Of a DNA stretch of 64,000 nucleotides, positions 1-11,500 are shown piece by piece (the stretch's first letter is position 1; each line of letters begins with the position of its first letter). The stretch lies in the NCBI GenBank assembly GCA_965637545.1, contig OZ281500.1:12586001-12650000 (forward strand), read 5' to 3'. A model generated the notes under the pieces. It was not told the DNA's origin and did not search any database. It saw nothing but the letters and a program-made list of their open reading frames with translations. The DNA is from Phallusia mammillata. Taxonomy: Eukaryota. The position numbers were made by a program, and so were the translations under genes.

Positions 1-2965
1 TAAATCGCCTCCTGGCCACCACAGAAATCGCAAGGCATCCCTGTCCTTAGGGGAAACACGAATCTGGTGGAACATCGATTCTATATCGGCCACTAAAGCG
101 TACCGCTCTTTGCGAAATCGAGTCAAAACACCCACCAAACTGTTTATGAGATCCGGGCCCTGCATCAGCACATCATTGAGGGAAACGCCCTTGTGCTTTG
201 CAGCGCAATCAAAAACTACACGAACCTTGTCTGGCTTAAGGGGATGAAGTACAGGATGATGTGGTAAATACCAGCAAACACCATCAACCGATTCGATGTC
301 TTCTCGAGGTATCTCTCTTGCGTGCCCTTTCTCGAGGTAGGACTGCATTGTGCTCACGTACTTTTCCTTCAGTGAGTGATCCTTCTCCAGGCGTCGCTTC
401 AAGTATGTCAGCCGTCTTTCGGCCATTCGCTTGTTATCCGGCAAACAAGCTGAGCTATCTCTCCACGGCAACGGCAGCTCATAGTGACCTTCCACCATTT
501 TCACGTCTTTTTGCATGATACCATACGTCTTTCTGTCTTCGCGCGACGTGGGGAAATGTAGAACAGCAGTTTCGTCCCCAAAATCCGTCTCCCACAGACT
601 AGAGATTTGCTTCTGTAGACAGCTGTCTCTAGACTTCACGAAGTTCACCTGGTACCTCGATGATGCACACGGAAGGAGTGACGGACCAAATAATGTCCAT
701 CCAAAAGGTGTCTTGACAGCAAACGGTTTCCCTTTTGGACCACGACGCATCTCCTCAATGAACAAGGCGTCTGGATTATCCAGACCAATCAGCAATGTTA
801 CAGTTCCTTTCTCGATTAAGGGGAAATCCAAGTCACGTAAATGTGGGGCACCCCTTAATGCTTCTTTGCTAAGAATCGGATTAGGACGAACGGGAATTTC
901 ACCAACGGTTATTACTTTAGGGAGAAATATATCATCTCCGCCACCTACTGGAGAAACAGAGAAACTCACTGCCGTATGCTGTTTGGCTTCATCTGTCAGT
1001 GTTTGTAAAACAATCTCCTTAGTTTCACCTTTCATGCCCAGGGCTTCAATCAACCTTTGGTTACAGAAGGTTCCGGTAGAGCCGATATCCAAAAATGCGT
1101 AAGTTAAAACCTTCGTATTTTACCTCGACCGGTACGACGCATTGATACACGTCGTCGTAACCACATTCGCCCGGCGTTGCCACTGAACATGAAGCGACCT
1201 TTTGCGGCCCAGTTGGTGTCGCTTTGCGGCTGGAGCAGGCCTATGCAGCAATGTGTGGTGGCAGTGACTCGAACAGTCGTTTTCTTCGCAGGCAGTTCTC
1301 GCCTTGCATCGTCTAACACGGTGACCTGGAGTAAGGCATCTGAAGCACAATCTCTTACGACTGACGAATTCCACACGTTCGGAGTACGTTTTTCGTTTGA
1401 ACTCAAAGCACTTAGGCAAATCGTGAGCCTTACCACAGAACAGACACGTAGCGGAAGTAGTCGGCCTCTCTGTCGGACGCTGTCGAACTTCAACTGGGTT
1501 CACAACGTAGGCAGACGCTCTCGGCTTTCTCATCGGTGGACCAGGATCCTTGTCGCGCCTAGATCCCATAATCCTACTTCCGTAAAGGGAATTTTCCACC
1601 TCAGCACGCTCCGAAACAAACTGAACAAAGTGGCTAAACCCGGCTTCACGATTAGTGTGATGAAGAACTTCCACTGATCGCTCTATCCATCTTTCCTGCA
1701 AGCGATATGGCAACTTGTCAATGAGCTGCAGCATGGTGTCAAGTGAATTAAGACCGGCATATTCATCAATATCCTCCAGTGTAGTGAGACATTTTTCCAG
1801 CAGATCTGCAAACTGCATTAGTCGTTCCGGTTGATCTCCTTTCAAGCGAGGACTCTTCTTCAAATGCTGCTCACAGGCATTTGCGATAATGTGCGGCTGT
1901 CCGTACTCATGAAAAAGCTTTTGACGTGCCTGTCGGTAACCCTCGACTGGCCTTTTCGTCAAGTGATCAATTTTAGGTCGCACTCTGTCGTCACAATGCT
2001 GCAGCAGATAAACCAACCGCAAATCGTCAGAGTGAACTTTAGTGGCAACGTGCGCTTCAAAGTTGCGAATGAACGTCCAATATTCCATCGGATCACCATT
2101 AAACGACATTATCTTCGGACGAGGTAAAAAAACGTTCATCTGAGTTGTAGCGTGGTTCCTGCGCTACAAGAGGACCTTCCCTATTTGGACAATTGTATTG
2201 CGGAGTAGCATAGATAGGAGGCTGATGACTTACTTTAGGCAGCTCCTGCCTATCACAACGCGGTACAGGTTTTGGACATTCGTTGACCGTTTGTACAAAA
2301 GGCCTCTCTACGGTTGGCGGACAAACGAATTCCGCTTCAAATTTACCTTCCCATCCGCGAGCTTCGATTTCGGCTAATTCGGCTTGACGTTGTATCTCGC
2401 GAATTTCGGCGTCGGCAGCCAACTGGCGCTCTGTCTCGCGCAAGTTCTGTTCTTCGTTACGCAAATTATGTTCTCCATCACGCAATTTCCTTCGTCGCTC
2501 ATTCTCTTCCTCTTGTCTCTCCTTGGCCTGACGAAGTTTTGCGCGAACCATCTCAAACTTAATTCGTGCTTCAGTTCTGCGGACGCTGGAACTCGTACTC
2601 GCAGAAGTAGGGCAACTAGAAGTGGAACCTTTTGCCGACTTTTTTGAACCAACTGGTGGCGGAAGGGACGTAGAATGCTAGGCCTTTTCAATCCATTCAG
2701 CAACCCTGGCATCGAACTCAGTCTTCTCCTCAGCGTATCGCTTTAACAAATCCTCATCAAGATCTTCATTTTCAGACAAATTTGAAGTTATATGCTCCAC
2801 AAGAAGTCGGTATCTTCCATCGACAATTCGCACCGACGAATGCACACAAACCAAGTTTTTGGGACTGACCATTAATCGTTCCGTTCGGGTGTAGGCTTCT
2901 TGCAATGAACGTTGCAGTTTGACGAGCTGTTCACCCTTATCCTCTTCAGTCGTGTCGGAATTCAT
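1..2965 (-). pseudogene. BEL family 1 gag-pol, broken into several frames
   Basis: ORF pieces 2678-2965, 2099-2551 and 1120-2139, plus the minus frame under 515-1102 and 1-518, give a colinear gag-PR-RT with frame changes between pieces. Confidence 0.85.
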
Positions 2966-3075
2966 TTTTCTTCACCTAGCGGCAGTTTCTTTCCAACGAG
3001 CAAAGTAGAAAGCTTCTCTCGATCGGCGACAGTTGAAACTTTACTTTCAACGAGCAGTAGTTGAAAACTTCTTTA

Positions 3076-4462
3076 TGTAGACTCTGAACGGCCGACCTGC
3101 AAGGCTGAGCCTCACAAAGGGGTTTTTTCACGTTGAAACACGCCCCGCCCTTTCCCACACAAATCACACTTCCCGAATCTCGTGTAATAATCCACAGCGA
3201 CAACAGCGGCAACAACCACAACGTCGTACACAATCAGGAACGGACAGAAACAAGAATGAGAACGGAAACGGGAACGGAGACGGGAACGGTTTTCTAAACA
3301 AGAAAACGAAACACATTGACATATGTCAACGCACAAAAATGCCAATGTCTAACTTACAAACTATTTTGCGACACAGGTCAACAGGTACAGTTCACGTATC
3401 AACAGTTGCAAGACGATGAAACAATCGCTGCAATGACTATAGGAAAATACAGCATGCCATAAGTTACACATAAACGCCATGAATTAATTTAGGTCACAAG
3501 TCAAATTAAACACTCACCGACAATCACGGTAAACAGGCTTCACTTGAAGATTAATTAGTCAGTCGTCACAATATTTAATATAGCCTTAGTCGTCTCTAAA
3601 AATGTAACACAAACGAATTTACTTAATGCAGTTATAAATCACCTTGCTCGACCACGTTGTACAGTAAATGAATCAATCATTGCAACCAGGGTTGCCAGGT
3701 ACTGTCGGCTGGATTCGGACAGTATTTGTCTGAAAATCGGACATTTTAGGACAAAAAAAACGAGAGCGTAAAATTGCTAACAAGGTATCAATATCGAGGT
3801 GCCATCTGCCATTTTTTGTGCGTTTACGTTCCCCAAAGTGACGGACGTAAAATATGACGTCACTTATGCGTGCAACCACTAGAACTGAAATCCAAACTTG
3901 AAGCCCAACAAACGTCCTATGTTTGAAATAATATTTAGTTGGCAATTGCAACACGTTGCTGTAGTGTTTATCATTGGTTTCGCACCGTTTAAAAAATGTT
4001 TCGTCAACTTGTTGCTTCATATCACCTTAGATAACCATTTGTTACAATACAATTGCTTTGTACACAACAATGGTCATTCACTAGCAGACAATTATGTATT
4101 TAATGTCATAAACAAGGTACTAACCAAAACAAGTTGTACTTTTAAACCACGTTTTGTCGTAAAAAAGGGTTTGCAACCTTCAAAAAATAGGAAGGAGACA
4201 AAAAGTTATTCAATCAGCAAAATTCGGACATATTAGGACAAAAAACTAAACGTCCTAATGATTTTTACGCGTCGGACACAGCATGTGGAATTAGGCCAAT
4301 TTATCGTTTTTTGTCCGATTTTTAGGCCACCTGGCAACCCTGATTGCAACATACAGACAATAGCCTTCCAATTTTACTGTTACGCACATGGCGATTGTAA
4401 CGTCATAGCAGGGGAATAATGAGACAAGTTAATCATGCGTATCTGAACGTGGACATGTAACA
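3076..4462 (-). repeat. 5' LTR of BEL family 1 (about 720 bp without the MITE)
   Basis: TGTTACA start at 4462. The inner end is inferred at ...TCTACA (3076) because the following leader resembles that of family 2. The partner LTR is outside the window, so the inner boundary is unconfirmed. Confidence 0.6.
3687..4342. mobile_element. hAT-type MITE inserted in BEL1 LTR
   Basis: Perfect 14-bp TIR CAGGGTTGCCAGGT; 8-bp TSD ATTGCAAC (3679-3686, 4343-4350). Confidence 0.93.
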
Positions 4463-4467
4463 CTGCT

Positions 4468-5142
4468 TGTAACGTCAGGAATTTGCGCGCCTGGTACCGC
4501 GCTGGCGTCACACTAGAGAAGTCCAATTTCTGCAAACGCGTGAATTTATTTTACACTTCGACACGGTAATCACGTCACGTTCACCGTAGACACGACACGA
4601 CACGATAGACACGTTCAAGATAATCACGGTTTTCTGCAAAGAGAACATTCACTCAAAAATGCGAAACAGAAATTAAATTTATACAGGCAGAAATAAAGCT
4701 TACCAGAGTTTTGGACCAGGGTATCAAAGATAAACACAGTTTGATATCACCAGAAAGTGTTCTACACAGATAAAAAACGTAGACTTTTAATATACGGTTA
4801 ATTGCGATAAGACAACTTTAATGCAAATCAAGCTTACCTTGCAAAGGCAACATTAATCCTTTTCGTCAGAGTTTTTAAGTTTATAAAGCATTACCATCTA
4901 TTAATGACAAACAAATTATAATTAGTCACTTTCATTACTTTATCTAACGTTTGCAAATTAAAGTCAGCAACTAACAAACTACACGTGGTCCAAACTAAAC
5001 TCGATACTAAATGGCCAAAAGCACAGCATAGAGAAATAAACTACAATGATATTGTTACGTCATAGGGGATTCTGGCATTGTGGTGCAATCACACCATATA
5101 AGATGTGACGTAGGTTACGGTTGAGTGATTTACGATGTTACA
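4468..5142 (-). repeat. 3' LTR of BEL2 (675 bp)
   Basis: Matches 13020-13709 except for two substitutions and a 15-bp indel seen by eye; TGT...ACA termini. Confidence 0.97.
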
Positions 5143-5153
5143 TTCTCCCCCCT
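5143..5153 (-). other. Polypurine tract of BEL2
   Basis: AGGGGGGAGAA on the minus strand immediately before the 3' LTR. Confidence 0.9.
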
Positions 5154-5316
5154 AAATGTGTGCTTACATTTCAAACACATTTACAAACAAACCAAGAAAA
5201 CATCGAAACACGAAACAACGAAAACACACACGAAAGCTAAACAGTCGCGTCGCGAAACACCGTTGGTGAGCAAAGCTCCAACCTGGCGTATTTTAGAGTG
5301 CGGCATGTGAAATGCA

Positions 5317-8300
5317 CAGGGGCGGCTCGTGCTAGGGTGCTGCGGAGCTGCAGCACCCCCTAGATATTTTTACTTAATGGTCCTACCACAACAATACAGA
5401 TAACTTTCATTATACTGATTTTTTTATTCTTAAGTATAATTTTTACAAGTATAATTTCCGCCTTGATCGGCATTTTTTTCATTTAAAAAAAAAAATGCCA
5501 TTAATATGTTATCTATGGTGGAACTGCAGCTCCGGTTTCATGACGAATCGTGACGTTTCATGACGTTCTGCACTTGTGCGCATGCGCACTTCCTGTAGTT
5601 GTGTTGTCTGTTCCGGGTTTACTGTGCTCCAAAGCCAAACCCGTGTACTGTATTTTTAAGTTCGACAGTGAGTACAGTTACATGATTATTTTTGACGGTT
5701 AGTCGTGACTTTTTTAAGTGACTGTAAGTGGGCTTCAGTTTTTGCAGTTATCATTAACTCAAAAAGTGTATCTCACACCTTCAAAAAAAGGTCATCTAAC
5801 ACTTTGAAAAGTCACGATTAACCGTTATAATAAAAACCTGAATAAAAAGCTTAAGAAAAAATGGGATAAAACATCTGCTATTCCAAATATGTCATGCAGA
5901 AATAAGCAACAAGAAATACTCAGTTTTAGTTTTGAATGCTAACAAAGATAAAACAGCTTTGTGACTGTGGAGTTAAATGCCTCACTGAAATTCAGGCAAT
6001 ATTAAATGCAGAACAAGCAATTGCAGAAGCAACAGTAATTTTGAAACGCCTTAGTGATGGCAATTTCAAGTTTTGGTTTCTTAAAACACCATGTGGACAG
6101 CATTTGCAACCAAGTGCAATCTTGTGTATTGATATAATGGATGAACTGTTTGTCTAGTACAGGGGTGGGCAAACTACGGCCCGCGGGCCGCATGCGGCCC
6201 GCCAAATGTTTCCGAGTAACGCTGAATAGTAGTATGAGCACAGGCGCAGAGTTTTAAAAATACCGGGGGTGTGACTTGCCGATACCAATACCATGTACAG
6301 TATCTGTACCCGCACGATCAGGGTTTTTTTAAGGTTTGGTTTGGGTGACCGCTAAGTAGTTTTAAGAGACCGCAAGTGTTTCATTTAAATACCAAAAAAT
6401 AGCATTTCCAAATTTTGGGAAACCGCTGGAGAAATTTGGGGAAACACCTTAAAAAAAACACTGCCACGATACTTTGGAACTAAACACAGATACTTTTCAC
6501 GTGCTTTAGCCTGCCACGTTATTATGCAAATCATCACTTGACACAATTTCTTCGTTCGATAAAAGTAAAAGCGATTCACGTTTTCAGATACAGCCCACTT
6601 TGCACTGTTGACGCCCAAACTTTGGTACAAGGACTTCATTAACAAAAACGTGGTTCAGCCTTTGTTGCAACAAACACTTGTTTTTTTGAAACAATTACAA
6701 TTGTAGCGTTTCAACCAATGTTTGTACAATAATGAACAAGCGTATTTGCATAAAGCTGAAAATATACTACGTAATAATTTTGCGCAGGGGTGCATAACCT
6801 GCGGCCGCAATCTATTTTGCTAAATATTTTGATTTTCAAACTGCTAAAACAGATTTCGTGGGACTGGAAAAAAGATTACCAGTCTAGTAACCATATGCGC
6901 CAGGCTTTTTATCCGCTTATTATGTGCAAACAATGCGAAAAAACGGGGACTGCAATTGTCACAATACAGTTTATGACGTCATAAACCGTTAGCTCTGTTC
7001 AGCTAAACTTGTGCACAAGTTAGAAATTGTTAATCAGAGCATCTTAGGCGACTTTAAATGGTATATATATGATACAAACCTTATTCTTTACATCAATGTT
7101 TTACGAAACAACAAGCAAGCAATTGGCGACCGTTGGTGAAATACCATGCGGCCCGATAAGATTATAAAGTTTTGAATGCGGCCCTTGCACTGAAAAGTTT
7201 GCCCACCCCTGGTCTAGTAGCTGCTAAATTGCCGCACAGGAAATGTTTCTTAAGAATGGACATTCTACAGAGGAGATAGTAGTGACCAGCAAGCATATCT
7301 TATTGATAAAATAGTTACTGAAACTTTAAAAAAAAGAAACGCCAGTTAGCCAGCAATTTCTATGAGTCCCTCAAAGGCAAAACGATTCTTTTCAACACTG
7401 AAAAGGATGCAAACTTTTCTAGGGAACACCATTATTTTCAAAAGATTTGCACTTGCAGTGCTAGCTCTAAATAAAAAAAGTTTCTGAATTGTCATTTGGA
7501 AATCAAGGAAGAAGCTCAAATTTATTTTGATCAATTATTTTGCCCAAACTATAACTTTATGATTCATTTTGGTTGCAAAAAGGAAGCACAATGTTTAATG
7601 ATATGTTTTAAATTTAAGTGAGAGTGTTGTAAATTTCAAAGCTTGCAGAGTTTTGCACTTCAAAAAAAGGAATTATATGCTATTTACCACCAAGTAATGC
7701 AGCAAGTATAGCAATTAAGAAAGTTAAAAGCAATTAATGGTCTGTACACAAAAATTAAGAAAAGATGTTTCAATAAACAAGTTTTGACACAAATGTAATG
7801 TGGTTGTTAAATTTGCCAGTTATGATACTTTTGGCTCGTTTTTGTGTGTGGCAATAATCTGTGAAGTGTCATAGAATATGTTAAAAACGCTGATTGTGAC
7901 AATAAGTTACTAAAATGAAACATGGCCATATTAATGACTGAATAGCAAGTGTGTTAGTTAGTGATCATTGTTACAACCAGTTTTTCTTAAATGTTGTCCA
8001 ACTGAAATACTTCGACCTTTTTCGACTCATTTATTACTGACTTGTTTCTATGTATTGTTGTTGTGTTTTACCGTATGTACACCAGCGTCGTTTCGAGTGT
8101 CACGTGTGTTTTTTGTGCCACATTATTACTGCATGTTATTGAGTTTGGTCCGTCGCTGTGCAAGTAAACAAAATTCCCTAATGATGCCGTCTGCTGTTTA
8201 CACTCGTGTACATTATTGCGTAACAAAAATTACGTCACAATGGAGTTGCTAATTAACATTTGTATTACTTGTTTTTCTACACAAAACAATGGCTAGAAAA

Positions 8301-8398
8301 CTAGAAATGTGACTTTTCTATGTATTGCCAATATTTGTTTAATGAAGGCTAAAATTTGGAGCAGCACCCCCAGAAATTTTAGGCACGAGCCGCCACTG
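5317..8398 (+). mobile_element. Defective hAT DNA transposon inside the BEL2 3' region
   Basis: TIR CAG(G/T)GGCGGCTCGTGC; 8-bp TSD GAAATGCA (5309-5316, 8399-8406); decayed hAT C-terminal dimerisation motif at about 7362-7450 (KRFFSTLKRMQTFLGNT, cf. ERxFSxLKRIKTxLRNT). Confidence 0.9.
6160..7211. mobile_element. Charlie/Buster-type hAT MITE nested in the hAT element
   Basis: TIR CAGGGGTGGGCAAACT; TSD GTCTAGTA (6152-6159, 7212-7219). Confidence 0.93.
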
Positions 8399-8516
8399 GA
8401 AATGCAGCAAACAGCATAGCGTCCGTGATATTTCTTCTTCCATCAGCATCAGGGTCTTGTGCACCGCAATTCAGGGCCAGTTCGACGACTGCGTGGCCTA
8501 AATGCGTCGGATGCAC

Positions 8517-11500
8517 TTATTGGCATTTGGTGCTTGCCTCGCAGGGCAAGCACAATTTTGCAATCGGCCGTCTGTACGTGGAACCAGATTGCGTTTTAAC
8601 ATTGACTTGGCGGACAACACCGTGTTTGTCCGGAAACGCGTGCAGAATGCGTCCAATCTTCAGGTTATGAAGAGATGAATATCGATTCAGCAGACGATCG
8701 GTTGACCCTGACTGTGCAGAAACGTTTACAACAATCCTCTTCCGCTCAGCTGGCTGGAACTCTGGAGGAAGCTGAGTCTTTAACTCCGGCGGGGTTGGCC
8801 ATCGATCTTCTGTCTGCCAAAGAAACTTTGGACCAGTCAGCCATCGGGAGCGGATAAGCTTGCGCACGGACAAACCTCGCGAAGCATCATCGGCAGGGTT
8901 TAGCTGGGAATTCACGTGCCTCCATTGATCAGGACTTGTCTGCCGATGAATTTCGGCCAACCTGTTGGCAACAAATGTACCAAAGCGTTTACTTTGGTTA
9001 TAAATACTTTGTCGGACGGCACACGAGTCTGTCCAAAACACGGACTCGCAGTTATCAAATTTTAATTGGCGTCGAAGCCATTTGTCCGCTTTCACAGCTA
9101 AGACAGCAGCAGCAAGTTCAAGCCTCGGAATGCTTTCAGTTTTCGGGGGTGTCACCTTCGATTTGCCAAATAGAAACGAGCAGTGGACTTGTCCATCAAC
9201 ATCTTCCAGACGAAGGTAGGACACAATTCCATAGCCTTGAGTTGAAGCATCCGAAAAATGGTGCATCTCGCACTTCGCGACTGAGCCGAAAGTAGGAGGC
9301 TTGAAGCAGCGGGGAAGTGTTAACTTCTCGAGCTCCGGCAATTGAGAAAGCCAGCGTCGCCATTCTTCAATATCGTCTTTAGGCAGCTCGTCAACCCACC
9401 CCAGCTTCTGTCGGACTATTTCCTGTTGTAACACCTTAGCAATCAAAGTTACAGGTGCGGCAAAACCCAAAGGGTCATAAAGCGTGTTAACAGCACATAA
9501 AATATTGCGTCGGGTAAATTTCTTGCCTTGCATCGTGTCAGTTATGCTGAATCCAAATTCGTCACTCTGTACCCGCCAGTAAACACCTAGAACGCGCTCT
9601 TTAACGGAAGCGTCCAAGTTTACATCGGTCAGCGATTTTGCTCTCTCTGCCTCTGGGATTTGATCCAAGACACGTTGATTGTTAGATAACCATTTGGTCA
9701 GGCGAAATCCTCCTTTCTTCAGCAAGGCACGTAGTTGCGTGACCAACTCGGTGGCACGCTCGACTGTTTCGGCTGACGTCAAACAATCGTCTACGTAAAA
9801 ATCATTACGGACGATGTCGCCAACATCTTTATCAAACATTTTTCCAAACTGCTCGGCGGTTTCACGCAAGCAGAATGTGGCGCAGCTGGGCGATGACGTT
9901 GCGCCAAAAATGTGCACGAGCATACGATGAACGGTGGGCGTTCGGCATAGATCTCCCCCTGGCCACCACAAAAACCTTAAAGCATCAATGTCAGACTTGT
10001 GAACGCGGACCTGGTGGAACATTGCTTCCACGTCCGCTACCAGAGCAATACTGTTCATACGAAATCGTTCCAAGACACCGATTAAACTATTAACCAAATC
10101 GGGTCCCTGCAGCAAGGCGTCGTTAAGAGACAATCCTCTGTGCTGCGCTATCAAAAACGATGCGTACCTTGTCGGGTTTGCGCGGGTGGCAAACTGGATG
10201 ATGTGGCAAATACCATTGAATATTGTCCAAAGCGTCCTCGGCTTCTTCATTTGTAACTTCTTCTGCGTAGCCCTCATCAATGTAGTCCTGCATCTTCTGG
10301 ACGTACTTGTCTTTAAGAGAGACATCGCGCGAGAAGCGTTTCTTCAGCGACCAAAGCCGTCGTTCAGCCATGTGACGACTGTCTTTCGGTAAAGTGACAT
10401 CACTTCGCCACGGAAGAGGCAAATAAAAATGTCCGTCCGTATGTTTCACTAAGCTCTTCATCATGCGTAGCACCTTTCGGTCTTCAACTGACGTAGGAAA
10501 GGGCAAGTCGTTAGGGTCTTGCATAAATTCGTCCACCCAAGAATCACCGCTTAGTTCCTGGGTATTGCTTCTAAAGAAGTTCACCGAAATATTATCAACA
10601 GCAGGATAGCAGACGGATGGGCCAACAAGCGACCATCCAAGCGGGGTTCTCGCAGCAAAAGGTTGCTTGCGTTCACCTGTTCTCATTTCAAGTACTCTAT
10701 GTGCATATGGGACGTCAGTGCCGATAAGTAGTAGCACCTCTCCTTCGTCCAACTCAGGAAATTCCAAACCCTGGAGGTGTGGAAACCTGTTCACCTCCGA
10801 CTTCGTTGGCGTCGGATTTGGCTCAACCGGTATGGTGTCGATGGACAGAGCGTTGTCGACACTAATCTCTTCATTTTCATCTAGTGACAAAACGCTAAAA
10901 CTTGCGCTCATTCCGCTATGGTTCGCCGGTCTTCTTCCGACGCTAGACATCGTAACTTGTTTTGGTCTTCCTCTTATTGGAAGCAGATCTGCCAACCTTT
11001 TGTCATAGAAGCTTGTGTCAGACCCTTGGTCGAGGAACGCGTACGTTATGATCTCCTGACCGTTCGACCGAATTTTTACTGGAATAACAGAAAAGTACGA
11101 CGAATGACAGTTCTTTATCGCGTTGCACCTGGCTGTAGAACTCGATGTCTGTCCATTAGGAGGTTCGCTGCGCGGAGCACTGTTGTATCTCTCAGGAGCA
11201 TGTGCGTATGTCCTGGAACGCACGGAATTTTGCATATTTTCATGTAGCAACGGGTGGTGTGAAAGGTTGCAACCTCTGACAGTACAGGCACTGGGCTGGG
11301 TACACACCCTTGACGTATGTCGATAACCAAAACAGTTAAAGCACATAAACTTATCTCTTAGAAACTCTCTTCTCTGCACCGTGGATTTGCGTGGCGCTTC
11401 TTTTCTTCAGCCTTTCGGGAAACACACAATTGACCAGGTAAAGTATTTACAACGGCAGACTCTTCGACGAACTCAACGAGATCGGCAAAATCCGCTTCTC

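Larger units (their letters stand above)
1..4462 (-). mobile_element. BEL/Pao LTR retrotransposon, family 1 (5' half; continues beyond left edge)
   Basis: Minus-strand gag (DUF1759-like FNGDPMEYWTF, CCHC knuckles), protease (AFLDIGSTGTF) and RT start (YLPHHPV, VRVVFDC, LMQGPDLINSLVGVL, VADIESMFHQI). The LTR begins TGTTACAT at 4462, like the LTR starts of the other two elements. Confidence 0.9.

Noticed and set aside
261-1677. Plus-strand ORFs over BEL1, and similar ORFs over BEL2, BEL3, the LTRs and the MITEs
   Set aside because: Antisense or off-frame shadows of real coding sequence or repeats, with no independent motifs.
3121-3160. Alternative BEL1 LTR end at TGTTTCA (3134), or a PPT-like GGGAAAGGGCGGGGCG
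   Set aside because: The segment looks like a U5 hairpin arm, and the 3076 boundary gives a leader resembling BEL2. Not fully excluded.
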